Position numbers and translations under genes: made by a program
The notes under the pieces: model-generated
What the model saw: the letters and a program-made list of their open reading frames with translations, nothing else
What the model was told of the DNA's origin: nothing
Database searches by the model: none
Shown: in pieces, positions 1 to 17,461 of the stretch
Layout of the letters: every line of letters starts with the position of its first letter
Position numbering within the stretch: position 1 is the first letter of the stretch
Source of the DNA: the human T2T-CHM13v2.0 reference genome, Homo sapiens
NCBI RefSeq assembly: GCF_009914755.1
Contig: NC_060937.1
Length of the DNA: 64,000 bases
Strand: one strand, 5' to 3'

Positions 1-100
1 TTACAATTGTTTCTGTCTATTAAGCTAGGTTATAGTTCATCCACAAGGACTCAAATGTAAAGTACAGAGTCCTTCTCAGGCTATATTTAGTTTGCTTTCA
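1..100 (-). mobile_element. ERV1-class LTR 5' end (MER57/LTR54-like), truncated by window edge
   Basis: Reverse complement starts TGTGAAAGCAAACTAAATATAGCCTGAGAAGGACTCTGTAC...TTGAGTCCTTGTGGATGAAC, resembling the LTR at 56177; subfamily from recall. Confidence 0.6.
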
Positions 101-1850
101 CACCAGATTTATAAGTGATTTACTCAACTGTATAATAATACTACGGGATTCTATATATCTCTATATATTTACCATTACCAGGGAATTTAACATTTTCATA
201 GGGCTTTTTGCAGCTGTTTATCACTCTTTTGTATCAATTTGTAGGACTTCCTTTTGCATTTTTTATAGGGTAAGGCAAGTGGTTACGGATTCCCTCAGCT
301 TTTGTTTATCTGAGAAGGTCTTTATTTCTCCTTCAGTTTTGAAGGACAGCTTGGCCAGACATAGTATTTTTAGTTGGCAGGGTTTTTTTCTTTTGGTACG
401 TTGAATATATTACCCCACTCTCTTCTAGTTTGCAAGGTTTCCGCTGGGAAATCTGCTGATAATATTGGTGCTCCCTTGTACATCATGAGTACTTTTCCCC
501 TGATGCTTTCAAAATTCTCTCTTTATCTGTGACTTTTGAAAATTTGATTGTGATGCATGTCAGTGTAGATTTATTCTGTTTGGAGTTCTCTGAGCTTCTT
601 GAATTTGCACATTCATTTCTCTCATAGATTTGGAAAACAGGGTGCCATTATTTTTTCAAATAGATTCTCTACCCCTTTTTCTTTTTCTTATCCTTTTGGA
701 ACTCCCATAATGCACATGTTATTCTACCTGATGGTGTCTCAGAAATCTCTTAGACTCTCTTCATTGTTCTTTTGTTGTTGTTGTTGTTGTTCTGCCTTTT
801 AAAAGTTTTCTATCTTCAAGTTTGTTGATTGTTTCTTCTGCCTAGTCAAGCCTGCTGTTGAGACCATCTAGTAAATTTTTCAATTCAATTATTGTATTCC
901 AGGATTTCTGTTTTATTCTTCTTCATAAATTCTCTTTATTGATATTTTCACATTGTTCATGCATTTCTTTTCTAAGTTTGTTTAGTTGTCAGTCCGTGCT
1001 CTCTTTTTATTCATTGAGCATCCTGAAGATAGTAATTTTGAATTGTCTGGTAATTTACATATCTCTGTTTCTTTAAAGTCAGTTTCTGGAGATTTAACTT
1101 GTTCCTTTAAAAGTGTCATGGTTCTCTGTCTTTGCATGTTTTGTTGTTTTGTTGCTGCAGTTTCAGCATTTTAAGAATCAGCCAACTCTCCTATTATCTG
1201 GTTTTATACATACAGGAATTTCTCCAGTCAGCCAGGCTAGAAATTCTGGAAACTTCTCAAGCATTTTCTGGGTATAAGTCTTTCCTCGGCTTGTGGGTGT
1301 AATCTGTTTGAAGACGTTTCCCAACATCTATTCAGGAGCTCTCCCTGGTGTTTGTCTGTGATACTGCAGCCTCTCTGGTGCTGTAGTAAATAGTGGTACT
1401 GGAGCTCCACCCAGTGTCTATCTTTGGTACTACTGACTCTGGTGCATAGTTGATCATTGTTCTTGGCAATCCTTAGGTGACCTATTCCAGTCAGTGCAGT
1501 CTCAGGCACACAAAAGTCCCTTGGGCAGCATCTCTAAAAATCAGGAGGTCTGATACCCCTTCCACTCCTTTCTCACCTCAAGGAGAAGACAAGAGTTGAG
1601 GGTTTCCTCCCAATCACATGTTGGAGTGGGAGGGATGTTCTGATGAGAAAGAATGGAGAATGCCACAGGTTTTTCTACTGGGCTTCAATGTGGTTGGCTT
1701 CGTGATCAGTATAAGAACCTTTTAACTGACTTTTGGTTTTCTTACAGAGGCATTTGGTCTGACTGTTGTTGCTAATTTTGTGTCCCGTGGGAGAAGAAGA
1801 GACTAAGGCTTTCCGTCCTGCCCTTTTCCTGATGTTTCTCCTCTGATTTT
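101..1850 (-). mobile_element. Old L1M (ORF1/5' region) fragment
   Basis: T-rich antisense L1 motifs: TTCCCTCAGCTTTTGTTTATCTGAGAAGGTCTTTATTTCTCCTTCAGTTTTGAAGGA, AAATCTGCTGAT, GGAACTCCCATAATGCACATGTT; ends approximate. Confidence 0.75.
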
Positions 1851-2561
1851 TATAATCAGAAGCACAGTAAAAAAAAAAAAAAAAAAGAAACACACACACT
1901 TTTTCTTTCTCATGATCCTCATCTTCCACTACTTTTGACGCCAATGGTTTGAGTTTGATTTCTTTTTTAAGACAAAAATTTATGTTACCAACTACCTGTT
2001 TCCATCTTGTTCTTCACATCTGAAGTCATTTTGCTTCTGTTGAGGGTAGCTTGATTCTTCCCTCCCACTCCTCACCCCTGCACCAGGGAACGATCAGGCT
2101 GTTAGAACTTTGAGATGGAAGGTTTTCAGGTGCTCAACGTTAACCCCACTGCCAAAGGCCATGGGTGGGTGGTGGGAGGGCATATTTGGAGCAGAGCTGT
2201 ATGCAGAAGCATGGTCTGAACCCCACAGATACCTATGTCACCTTCCCTGTCAGGAGATATCCAGTGCTATCCAGCTGAGTTCCCAATTCCTAGCTTCAAA
2301 GGCCACCCAAGAGTCATTAAGTAGATCAAATAGTGAGATGGTATGAGCTGGGATCACTATGAGACTGCCTCCCCTCAAGGATACTCATGGATCCCCCTAT
2401 TACCCCCAGGTCTACTCTGCTACTATCATTTAAGTTCACTAGGACAGATCCACTGCGATCTGGGAATTCATGCCTACTTGGTCATTGTGAATTTGACCTT
2501 TCTGAATCAAAATCCCAGTTCATAGTTAGACATTTTGTGTTCCTATTTTGAGTTTACATAG

Positions 2562-3071
2562 TTTGACGATTAATTTTAGGTATTAACTTGACTGAGCCAA
2601 AGGATGCCCAGAGAGCTGGTAAACATTATTTCTGGGTATATGTGTGAGGGTATTTCCAGAAGAGTTTCATATTTGAACTGATGAACCAAGTAAAGCAGAT
2701 CCAAACCACTGAGGGCCTGAATCATCAGAAAGGTGGAAGGAGGAAAAAAATCACCCTCTGCTTGAGCTGAGACATCCATCTTCTCCTGTCAGTGCTCCTG
2801 GTTCTCAAGTTTTTGGATTCAGGTTAGGACTTACATCATCACCCCACTTCACACTGGTTCTCAGGCCTTTGAACCCAGACTGAATTACACACTGGCTTTC
2901 CTTGTTCTCTAGCTTGCAGACAATAGATTGTAGGAATTCTCTGCCTCCATAACTTTGTGAGCCTATTCCTATGATAAATCTCCTCTTATATTTATGTCTA
3001 TTTATCTATCTATATATCTATAGATATATATCTTATTGGTTCTGTTTTTCTGGAGAACCCTGATGAATACA
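2562..3071 (+). mobile_element. MLT2-family (ERVL) LTR
   Basis: TTAATTTTAGGTATTAACTTGACTGAGCCAAAGGATGCCCAG...CTGGTAAACATTATTTCTGGGT; ends TTCTGTTTTTCTGGAGAACCCTGATGAATACA; internal TA/TCTA tract. Confidence 0.85.
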
Positions 3072-3181
3072 AATATTATAGTATCCTAGTACCAGAGCAG
3101 TGAGCTCCTTGCAAACTAGAGTCAGAAGGATGTGTTGTCACTGGCAGACATCTCCAGGGGTATCAAGAATACCCCTGTTAG

Positions 3182-3970
3182 AGACCAGAGATCTAGCAAC
3201 TGAAGCAGCACGGCCAAGCCATGTAGGGTGCGCCTGAGCGCAAACAGGTGGAGGTCTTCCTTCCTTTTCCAGGAGGCTGAGGAATTCCTCTACAGATTCT
3301 TGCCACAGAAAATCACATACCTGAATCAGCTCTTGCGAGAGGGCTCCCTCAGTGTGGCTGACCTGACTTCCCTCCGGGCCCCACTGGACATCCCCAACCC
3401 AGACCCTCCACCCAAGGATGATGAGATGGAAACAGATAAGTAGGAGAAGAAAGAAGTCCCTAAGTGTGGATTTCTCCCTGGGAATAAGAAAGTCCTGTCC
3501 CTGCTTGCCCTGGTTAAGCCAGAATTCTGGACTCTCAAAGAGAAATTCATTCTGGTGATTACATGGATCCAGCACCTAATCCCCAAGATTGAAGATGGAA
3601 ATGATTTTGGGGTAGCAATCCAGGAGAAGGTGCTGGAGAGGGTGAATGCTGTCAAGACCAAAGTGGAAGCTTTCCAGACAACCATTTCCAAGTAATTCTC
3701 AGAACGTGGGGATGCTGCGGCCAAGGCCTCCGAGGAGACTCATGTAATGGATTACCGGGCCTTGGTGCATGAGCGAGATGAGGCAGCCTATGGGGAGCTC
3801 AGGGCCATGGTGCTGGACCTGAGGGCCTTCTATGCTGAGCTTTATCATATCATCAACAGCAACCTGGAGAAAATTGTCAACCCAAAGGGTGAAAAGAAGC
3901 CATCTATGTACTGAACCCAGGACTAGAAGGAAAATAAATGATCTATATGTTGTGTCAGAAAAAAAAAAAA
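3182..3970 (+). pseudogene. PSME2: Processed pseudogene of proteasome activator subunit 2 (PA28-beta); specific PSME2P locus not determined
   Basis: Intronless; translation [17 protein letters not shown]...[23 protein letters not shown] and C-terminus [17 protein letters not shown]; start ATG>ACG (3210-3212), TAG 3441-3443, TAA 3693-3695, native TGA 3912-3914, AATAAA 3933-3938, poly(A) ~3958-3972, TSD AAGAATACCCCTGTTAG at 3165-3181 and 3971-3987. Confidence 0.97.
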
Positions 3971-4657
3971 AAGAATACCCCTGTTAGTGACAAGGAATTG
4001 TTGATTGGGCAGCTACAGAATGTAGCACCCTCTGGAAGCCTAGGCCCAGATGGAAAGAGCAGGAGGACAAGCACACTAAGGAACAAGACATATTGAGTTT
4101 ACAAATGAGAACACATGAGGCATTGAGCCCTGACAGGGAGGCACTTGTAAGGTAAAAACTGCCACATGCATTCAGGTGGGCGCCCAGTGTGAATAGTAAG
4201 CCTATCGGCTGCCTGTGGTGCTTCTAGTCCCTGTCTGAGCTTAGCACCTTAACTAGATGCATATTAGCCCTGGAGGTTGCCAAGACCACAGAGAGGAAGC
4301 TGTGTTGAAGAAAGGGAGAATTAACACAGACTTTCTGAGGAGCTTCTGTCTGTTGCCTGGAACAGTCAGGACATCTGAAGGTTGTCAGCTTAATGTCCCC
4401 TGCCAGCAAGGAAGGGCTACTATCCAGCAGCTAGTGAGGCAGGCCAACTGCAGGACCTGGGCAGGAATAACTGAGCCCGACATGTTTGTGCTCAACCAGA
4501 AGAAAACACATCAGCTCAAGAAGGGGCTGCTGCAGAGGTAGAGTCACTGTGGCAGGCACCCCTTCTGTCCATGAAACATTGGAGAGGAAGGGCTCACTTG
4601 TGGTACAGACTAGACTAAAAGCTCTACTGCCTACTATTAAGTTCCCAGAAAGCAGAG

Positions 4658-4659
<2 letters not shown>

Positions 4660-4701
<42 letters not shown>
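4660..4701. repeat. (TG)n microsatellite
   Basis: About 21 perfect TG units. Confidence 0.98.
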
Positions 4702-4702
<1 letters not shown>

Positions 4703-4909
4703 AACCACTGTGTCTGCAGTCCCAAGACAGTATCTGAAACATTACAGATACTCAGAAAATATTAGTTGTCCTGCAGGAGAAACAAATGGAGTGGAAAACT
4801 ACAGGGTAGAAAATCTGCAAGTGAGCATGGACCATGTCTTACTTACCTCTATTCTGTGTGATCCAGATTCCAGGCCTTTCTGAGTATGTGACTTTGGATA
4901 ATTTACAAC

Positions 4910-5060
4910 TTCTCAGAACTTTTTTTTTTGGTTTTCATTTTATTTAGTTTTGTTTTCATCTGAAAGGTGAAGATTATACTTATCTGGTTCTTGAAAAGAT
5001 TAAATGAGATAATATATATTGAAGTGATTTGTAAACTGTGGAGTGCTATAATAAATGTTA
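4910..5060 (+). mobile_element. MIR fragment
   Basis: TTTTCATCTGAAAGGTGAAGATTATACTTATC...AAGATTAAATGAGATAATATAT core. Confidence 0.6.
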
Positions 5061-5539
5061 GCCTTTGCTGTTTTTTTGATGATGGTGATGACAAAGATAA
5101 CAATGATAATGACGGGTTTCTTTTAGAAAAAATGGTTTGAAGTGGTGAGTGAACTTTACAGATGTTCAGCTGTGGAACAGGGGTATCTGTGCTGACAGGA
5201 AAAAAAGAGTGCACAGAAGAGAGGCCCCAAAGCAGGATTTTGCTCACATGGCTTGTGTAATTAGTTATCCTTTATGTGTGTTAGTTTTGAACTGCAGATT
5301 AGAGAAATCCATCTAAGGCAAGGACTGTCTTTTGCTTTTTTTCCCCCCACACACACACTACATGGTATATTGTTTATAGCAAGCAGTAAACATTTGTTGG
5401 GGGAAAAAAATGAATGAATGATTTGATGAAGGGTGACAGAGCTACAGCAGCTAGAGAGAAACAAGAATATTAGTTGAGCAGAGATTGTTCTCTGGAAGTA
5501 ATTTGTTCAGGCAGAATCAAAACTCATCTTGACACTTCC

Positions 5540-7250
5540 TGATTTTAAAACTCTGAGGCTCTTCATCACTCAAAAATAAAACCCAAGCACATTAGTAGGG
5601 CATAGAAAGTCCTTCATAAGCTGGATCCAACCTTTCTCTCTGGTCTCATCTCCCATTACACCATCTCCCCAAACCCCAGTTCTTCCACAGTTGTCTTAAC
5701 TTATCCTATCTTCTAATGGTGCTGAACTTCTTAGAGTCCCTGAGATATGCTAGGTCTTTTCACTAGCTGTTTCCTCTCCCTGGAAAAGTTCTATGCATCT
5801 TTCAGGGTATAGCATCAATGCTTCCTGCTGTGAAAGTGTTCCCTGATGTCCCCAGGCATTTATTCATAGAACAAGTATTTCCTTTGCACCCACTATGAAT
5901 TAGACCCTGTTCTAGGTCCTGGACATAGCAGTGAACAAATCAGACTAAGTCTCTTCCCTCATGGAGTATTTATTCTAATGGAGGGGACTAAAAATGAAAG
6001 AAAGACAATATATACGATGTTAGGGAATGGCAAAAATGAAGAGGATGGAAATCTGGGGAAGAGGATGAGGGAGCCATCTCATTTATGTAAACTATGATGT
6101 ATTAGCAGAATAGACTAGGTTATGTTGCAATAGCAAACAATTCTCTAAAATCTAAGTAGTTTATAACAACAAAGATTTGCCTCTAGCTCATGCTTCATGA
6201 CCACTGAAGGTCAGCTGAGGCTTAGCCCCACTCGAGAAATAGGCCTGAGCAAACATTTCTAGTTGCCCCAGCAGAGACTAAAGAAAATGAAGCAAAGCAT
6301 GCACCAGCTGTTAAAGGTTTTACCTGAAAATGGCACATCACATCTGCTCACATTTCTTTAGCCAAAATGAGTTACATGGCCACACCTGCATTCAATAGGA
6401 CATGGAAGAGCAATTCTACTATTTTCCCGAGAGGCAAGAGAACCAAACGTGTATGAATAGCCCTAATGATTGCTATACACATAATCAAGGAAGTCCTTTC
6501 TGATAAAGAGACATTTGAACAGAAACCTCGAGAGAGTGAGGAGTTAGCTGGTAGATAGAAGATGGGACTCATTTCTCTGGCTTCCCATCCCAAACAGCTT
6601 AGGGTCATCCTTGACGCTTTCTCTGCCTTTCACAACCCACGTACAACCCATCAGCAAATCCCGTTGGCTAGACCTTTATAATGGTCCCGATTTGACCACT
6701 GCTCACTGCCTCCTCCTCCTCCTCTGGTCCAAGCCTCATCATCTCCCTCTGCGTGATTGCAGTAGCCTCCTAACTTCTGGCTGCTTCTGCCTGTACCCCC
6801 TGCTGGGTCTCTCCCCACCACAGCCAGGGGATCCTTTTCAAATTTCGGTCAGATCATGACGCTTCCCTGCCCAAACTTTCCTATGGCTTCCCATCTTTCT
6901 CAGAGTAAAAGCCACAGTCCTCACAGGGCCTCACAGTCCATACCCCACCTGCCCAGCCCCAACTCTGAAATCTCGTTGACCTCATCCACTGCTCTCTCTC
7001 TCACTCACTCTGCTTCAGCCATGCTGGTCTCTGTGGTTTATTCGTTCAGTTTGGTCAGTAAGTATTTGAGTGCCTATTCTGTGCTAGGCACCACTCTCAG
7101 GACTAGAAATATAATGGTGAAGATATAACCAAAAACATACACCTATGCCGTATTGTAATTAGTCTACTTAAACCACTGTCTCCCACATGACACTATTACG
7201 TCTGTTTTCGTCTATGTATCTTTGTGCCTAGCACTATGCTTGGCAAGTAA
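5540..7250. mobile_element. Cluster of L2 fragments in both orientations, interrupted by an MLT1 LTR
   Basis: CCCATCAGCAAATCCCGTTGGCTAGACCTT, CAGAGTAAAAGCCACAGTCCTCACAGGGCC, TATTTGAGTGCCTATTCTGTGCTAGGCAC. Confidence 0.65.
6098..6478 (-). mobile_element. MLT1I/J-like MaLR LTR
   Basis: TGTATTAGCAG...CTAGGTTATGTTGCAATAGCAAACAA...GCCAAAATGAGTTACATGGCCACACCT. Confidence 0.75.
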
Positions 7251-7272
7251 GTGTTTGAGCGGAGAATGAAAA

Positions 7273-7339
7273 GATGGAGATGGATGGATGGATAGATAGA
7301 TAGACAGATAGATAGATAGAGACAGACAGACAGACAGAC
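7273..7339. repeat. Compound (GATG)(GATA)(GACA) tetranucleotide STR
   Basis: Directly visible. Confidence 0.95.
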
Positions 7340-10076
7340 TTCACCTTTGCTGGAACTGAGGCATGTGCTGTGAGATTCTCCCAGGTAGTATATAACAGCC
7401 TCTAACAGCTGCATGGAAAATCTGGTAGCAGAGGCCCAGGATTTCTGGCTTCGATCATCATTTTTAGGGAGACTATAAAAATGAACAGAAGACTTTCTTA
7501 CTTGAAAAACATAGATTCCAAGTCTGAAACAATTTAATCTTCCTACATGAGTCAACCCTTGGAAAGAAACAGACTCAGGTGGTAAACCGCAGGCCATTTA
7601 CATACCCCATGGTTTGACTTTTACTTTAAGGAGAGGAAAGATGGGTTGATGAGCTCATAAATAAAAGTAACATATTACCCATAATATTAGAGGAGAATGT
7701 ACTAGGGTTCTTTAAGGCTCTGTTTAAGCTAGTAAATTTTCTGCCTAAAGTGTGTGGTATAAAATCCTCAGATGTGAATACACAGTTTTTCCACTTCCAC
7801 CCATGTCGATTTCAGAGATTTCAAATTAACAGAGTGTGTTCCTCGATCAAGTTCATCTAAAATGCAGGTTGTAACTTTTGCTGCTAAGAGAAATGCTAAT
7901 ATTTAATGTAAATGAGAAAAGCAGTTCATCCAGAAGATATCAAAAAGATCTTTAGTACATTCCTTCACAAAGATGATTCCTTTCCTTTTCGGAAAAATAA
8001 AATTACTCCCCTCTAATTGGAAACAAGACAGCCATGTGGTTTTGCTGCATTTCATGGGGATGAGGTTCTGTGGTTTTCTCTCCTGTCATCTGCAGCCACA
8101 TCATTGGGAAGTTTGCCCAACTAATTCGAGTTGAAGAGAAAAGAGACAGAGTAGTTAGCAGGAATGTGAAGAGATCACCGGCTGAGTAAGGAAGTCTTGG
8201 ATCCCCAGGCATGTAGATAGAGAATTTACGGCCATAATAACTACAAGTGTTGTCAGTGATCAGCATGCAGCTCAGAGAATTGAGCCTATTCTAGACTTTC
8301 AAGAATTCTGCTAAGTAAGGAAATTCTACATTTTTCTAAAAAAAGTGTGTACCTAATAAATAATAAAACAGCATCCACAGACAATTTGTATTTCTCCGGA
8401 CACATACGGACATGTTTCTATAATTACATTATATTATGTATAAACTCTAGCTGTCTCTCACAACCCAAGCTCCTGATTAGAAGGGGTCATGTTGTCTACT
8501 TTTTAAACATAATTAATGCCATTTATATCAGATTGAGTACTTGACGGTAGATTAATATATGCTTATTCAATGAATGAATGAATGAATGAATGAGTGAATA
8601 CATAGCATTGCCATTGTGAGGGGAGTGACAAGGGTTAAAAGTTACTACAATTCCTTGATTTGTCCTCTTTAGTGGATGACTAACAGTTCAGGCATTGTAG
8701 AAGCCTATTTATTTTGGTTTTGAAGTATCAACAATATACAAAACCCTGGAAATGATTTTTACTTGCTGTGAAAAGAGCAAAATAAGAAATGAAATATTTT
8801 GGATTTCTAAGTTTCTGAAAGGGCACCATCAGCAGTAGGGTCTGTCAGTAAATTCCAGATGAGGTGGAAAGGTCAATTAAGTGATAATTTCAGGTTAGAA
8901 GACCAAATTGGGTCCCAGAACAAAGTCATAGAGTAGGAATTAAAAAGCAGACTTAAAAGAGATGAAACTACATATGTGCACAGCATACAAATGAACAGCC
9001 TAAAAGGTTGAGGCCCCTTTTCTGTGTACCTCTCAGAAAATGAGCTTTTCAATAAAACGTTTATTTTCCTGAGAATTTTGTCCCTGTAGTGATCTGCAAA
9101 ACTTGCTAATATCTACTTGGCAATATACATTATATATGTGAACAAATAAAATTTTCTCACCAGCTGACACAAACCCCATTGAACCAACTGGCTGTATGCC
9201 TCACTACCCCATGTTCTGGAAAGAGTTAAATCGCCCATATTACACATAGGCTCAGTGTGAACACTGCGTTCACATATGTCTGAATCTGGCTAAGAGGAGG
9301 ACAGCCCTGAAGTTACATGAGAATGAGAATTAAAGATACCAGACACCAGACACCGGAGTAAACACAATGTTCACTAACACGAACAAGCAGAAGACACAAA
9401 GCGTAGAAACCCTCAACCCTCAATTCTAGAAACGAATTTCACCCACTTGGGTCTCTCCCAGGATTTCCACAGGTGTTTGCTGATGGGCGCAATTGCACCA
9501 GGCTTCACACACAGGCATCCCCGGTGTAAGTGGTTCCTCTGGATTAGGTAATGAGGCAGAGAACTCTGAAGCTGGCTAGTCTATGAGTCCACAGACCTGG
9601 GTTTTGGTTTCTCATTCACTTCTTACTAGCTGGTTGACTGTATCTTCTCTCTTTAGTTCTTTTATTTTTGGGTTGAAGACAAAAATGCCTGCCTACCTCA
9701 TTTTTTGTAGGAAAATAAATGAGGAAATGCATGTGAATATACTGTAGACATATGAAGTCCTTGAGGTGGACAATGGCAGGATTTTTGAGATGAGGAGGGA
9801 AGAGATGGAGGATCAATGATAACCACTAAGCCAGAACCTCGTAGGTAGCTGTTAAAAAGTTACTGAATTGTATTAGTGTAACCAGGGGGCACTAGTCTTG
9901 GCAGGGATGGATTCATGCTAACAAAACTTACAAGAGATCGATGCTTGAATCAGAATGTCAATTTATTAATATATAGTGGAAGATATCTCTTTACAGTGAT
10001 AGCAATTCTTCTATCTACTACCCAAGGAATCCTCTTCCTTTATGATGATGGCCAGAAGGTAATAGTTTTAATGAGA

Positions 10077-10360
10077 TGATTGGCTAGGATTCTTTGTTAC
10101 GTAGAGTAGAAAACAACTATGGTGGATTTAAGTAGAAAATGAATTCATTAAAATTATATTTACAATATTTGGAATCATGAATGGCTGTAGAAACAAGTTT
10201 GAGAACTTAGCCAAGAGCAAGTCCCCACATCATGCCTCAGGACTGGTGTGGTGAAGACGCTGTGCTTCAGCCGCTGGACGTTAGGTACTGCAAGTGCTCC
10301 AGAATGTGTGAGGAGTCTGCAATACTGTCTGGTCAGTACAGATGGTGAATGCCCACCACA
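10077..10360 (-). mobile_element. Old MLT1-like LTR; 3' LTR of ERVL-type provirus
   Basis: Minus strand reads purine tract AAAAGGGGGTGGAC then TGTGGTGGGCATTC (LTR start at 10360); similar to LTR at 18925-19633. Confidence 0.6.
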
Positions 10361-10574
10361 GTCCACCCCCTTTTCTGTCCAGCATTAACACTTTTCTTCA
10401 TACTTTAAATGCTCCTGCCTAACAAAATGCAATCAACTCTCCTAAAATTATGCAATTTCTCACCCCCTTCTCAAAAAGGCAACAACCACAAATCTCATCA
10501 GATACTGCACCCAGCTTCATGTCCTAGATCTCTCAATGAGCCCCTTTTCTCTTCCTATAAGAGTATTAATACTC

Positions 10575-11610
10575 TTTTTTTTAATTTTTAAAATTATGAA
10601 CTAAAAAACAAAAACATAAAATTATAAACTGACAAATTATAGTTGCATATATTTATGAGATGCAAAGTGATATGATTTATGAATACAATGTGTAATAGTT
10701 AAACCAAGCTAATTGACACATTCATTACCTCAAATACTTGTCATTTTTGTGGTGAGACCATCGGGCATTTACTCTGAGTGATTTTGAAATGCACCATATA
10801 TTTATTATTTACGATGGTCACCATGCTATGCAATAGAGCTCAAAGAAAAACCTTATTCCTCCTGTCTAAATGAGGCTTTGTATCCTTTGGCTCTCATCTC
10901 ATTCTCCCACCACCACCACCCCCGCCCTTCCCTCTGTAATCATCACTCTACTCTTTGGCTTATTTGAGTTTGACTATTTTAGATTCCACATAGAAGTGAT
11001 AACATGTGGCATTTGTCTTTCTGTGCCTGGCTTATTTCACTTAGCATAATGTTCTCCAATCTATGTTGCCACATGTTGTTACAAATCACAAAATATATTT
11101 CTTTTTTAAAACACTGAATAGTATTCCATTGTGTACACATGCCACATTTTCTTTACTCATTCATCTGTTCATGGACTCATAGATTGATTCCATGTCTTGG
11201 CTATTGTGAACAGTGCTGCAATAAACATTGGAGTGCAGACCTCTCTTCAAGAAACTGATTTCAAATCTTTGGGGTGAATACCCAGAAGTGGGATGGCCAA
11301 ATCATATAAAATTCTACTTTTAGTTTTTTGAGGACCCTCCATACAGATTTCCACAGGGGCTGTTATAATGTACATTCCTACCAACAGCATACAAGTGTTC
11401 CCTTTTCTCCACATCCTCACCAACACTTAGCAAGTCAATAAAAGTAAGTTTTTCATAAAAAGATAACATCTTTCATCTTTTTTATAATAGCCATTCCAAC
11501 AAATGTGAAATTATATCTCACTGTGCTTTTAATTTGCATTTTCCTAATGATTAGTGATGTTTAGCATTTTTTCCTATATTTATTATCCATTTGTATGTCT
11601 TCTTGTTTTC
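10575..11610 (-). mobile_element. L1MA 3' end
   Basis: TTTGTCTTTCTGTGCCTGGCTTATTTCACTTAGCATAATG, TTGGCTATTGTGAACAGTGCTGCAATAAACAT, CCCTTTTCTCCACATCCTCACCAACACTT. Confidence 0.9.
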
Positions 11611-12640
11611 ACGTTCTACAATTTCTATAACATTCTATGTTAAACTTGAAACTACCATTAACTCATTCTGTGTATGACAATGGGAGAAAAAGAAAAGAGG
11701 AAAAATTATTAAAATATAAACATGACACTATAAGAAAACATAATCAGAGGTTGTTGCCCTTTTTTTGTACAATTTGTCCCAAAGTATAATAGGTATTTAT
11801 GGCTTTTCTCTACTATCCACTCCACCTTCTCTTTGCCATGGTGTTATGCAAACCTGCTTTCCTGAAAGATCTGATTCCTTGGTGGTCCTGTATATATGGC
11901 ATTGATAAACTCTTTCTTTACCTTTTACCATTGAACTTGGCAGTTCTAAGAGACGTTCATTGGGTTGATGCATCCTAGTAATATTGATCCTTGCCCCATT
12001 GTGTAGTAGCAACCGATTTCCTCTTTATAGTCAGGATCAATCACCCCAGCTAACATATTAATCCTCCTTTTTTACTTACTCTTCCAGTGATATGAGACAC
12101 CTGCAATGACCATGTGGCAATCTCAGTTTTCAGTTCAAAGGAGCTATTGTGTTATTCTGTGTAAGCATTCCTGCTTTGGAGGTCAATACTTCTAAACCAG
12201 AAAAGCCCAGACTTGTTGGGACAAGAAGCAAAAAATCTGTTAGTTGGTCAGCGGGCATAGTAGTGAGATTTATGAACACACATATTGTTCCATATTTATT
12301 TCTGCCTGGGATAAATGGCCAGAACATATATTGCATCCTGTAAGAAAGTACTACATCCTTGCAAAATGTTGCTTCCCTGCTGCCAAAATAACTGAGTCTT
12401 CAATAGATCTTTCTGCCTTTCTCTAAATCTGGCTACTTCTAAGCAATTAGATACATGGTAAAAATAAGTAAAACAAAACCACATGGAATTCAACCACTTA
12501 ATCTTCTTTCTTTTGTGGTAAAATGAGTTCCTTGCTCCAAATCAAGGTTGTATGGGATATCATGATGGACAAAAAGACATTCAGTAAGACCATGGATGGG
12601 GTGACGGAGAAACAATGGCAGATATGGAAAAAAAAATCCA
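11610..12640 (-). mobile_element. ERVL-class internal sequence: integrase and dUTPase relics
   Basis: Minus-strand peptides IHGLTECLFVHHDIPYNLDLEQGTHFTTKE (integrase-like) and FLLLVPTSLGFSGLEVLTSKAGMLTQNNTIAPLN (ERVL dUTPase-like). Confidence 0.8.
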
Positions 12641-12644
12641 AATT

Positions 12645-16375
<3,731 letters not shown>

Positions 16376-17461
16376 AGTGCACCCCCACCCCCAACCACTA
16401 TGTTTATGAGCCCACTGAACAAAATTTAGGATGGCTGAAAAAGGGGCTGATGACATGCACAAGTTAGGTCAGCTTCCTGTTCTTTGTTTCACAGCTAGAA
16501 TGAGCAGATAATGCATAATTACCCCAAAAACTCAGTCCGGATGCTTACTTGGGGGTCCCACCGTCAGTCTCTAAGAGGGCCTACTAGCAAGCCAAGAGAT
16601 ATTTTTCAAAGGTGAATTGCTCCTTTACTTGCTTCAAAACCTTAGGGGAATCCCCTGTAAAAACACCACTGCAACTTTCTACAGGCCTCAATGGACATCA
16701 TAATCTGTCACAAATACTTTGGGCACTGTTACTCTGCCATTACATCCTTGACCAGTGACAATTCTCTTGTTCCAGGTTCCACTCAAAGTGCTTATCTTTC
16801 AACTAGTAATAGGTAGAAGCAGAATACCCAAACATGGTATATGTTTACTATAAAATTCAAACATTTTCACCAAGTAGTTTCTTTTGTCCCATTGGTAGTA
16901 GTTACAAGATGTAGCAACTAGTCTTTGACTTTGAAGGTTATCCCAATGTGCCTCAGACTACTTAGCCTCAAAAAACTTCTCTGAGGTATCAAGCCTAATG
17001 TTTTATAGGTTTTATCTCCTAACAGCTGGCATCCTCCAACATAGCAACACATATTGGGTTACAGCAACTTTTTGCTCCCCCGACGTCTATCTCATCTATG
17101 TCATGGGACACCATGCTTTTCTATGAGATGATGAGATAATCAAGTTCCCTGCAAACTAACTTGTGGCACAAGGTCAGAAAATTGATGTAACCCAGAGGCA
17201 ATACCGTGAAGGTATGCTGTCTTCCCACTAAGTAAAAGCAGATTACCTCTGGTGTTTTCTGCTTTTGGGGGTAGAGATCAATAGCTACATACCACCACAT
17301 GCCATGAGATGTCTATACATGTCTCAGTAAAGAGACCATATCTACAAGAGTAATTGCAATTGGAATCACTCCCTGATTGAGGTTACAATAACTTTCTGTC
17401 ATTATCCAAAGCCTGTTCATTTTTAATACTGGCCAAAATGTCAAAAAGGTATGTGAAAGTA

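Noticed and set aside
3138-3724. Minus-strand ORFs of 145 and 132 aa
   Set aside because: Antisense shadows of the PSME2 pseudogene coding sequence; no independent gene signals
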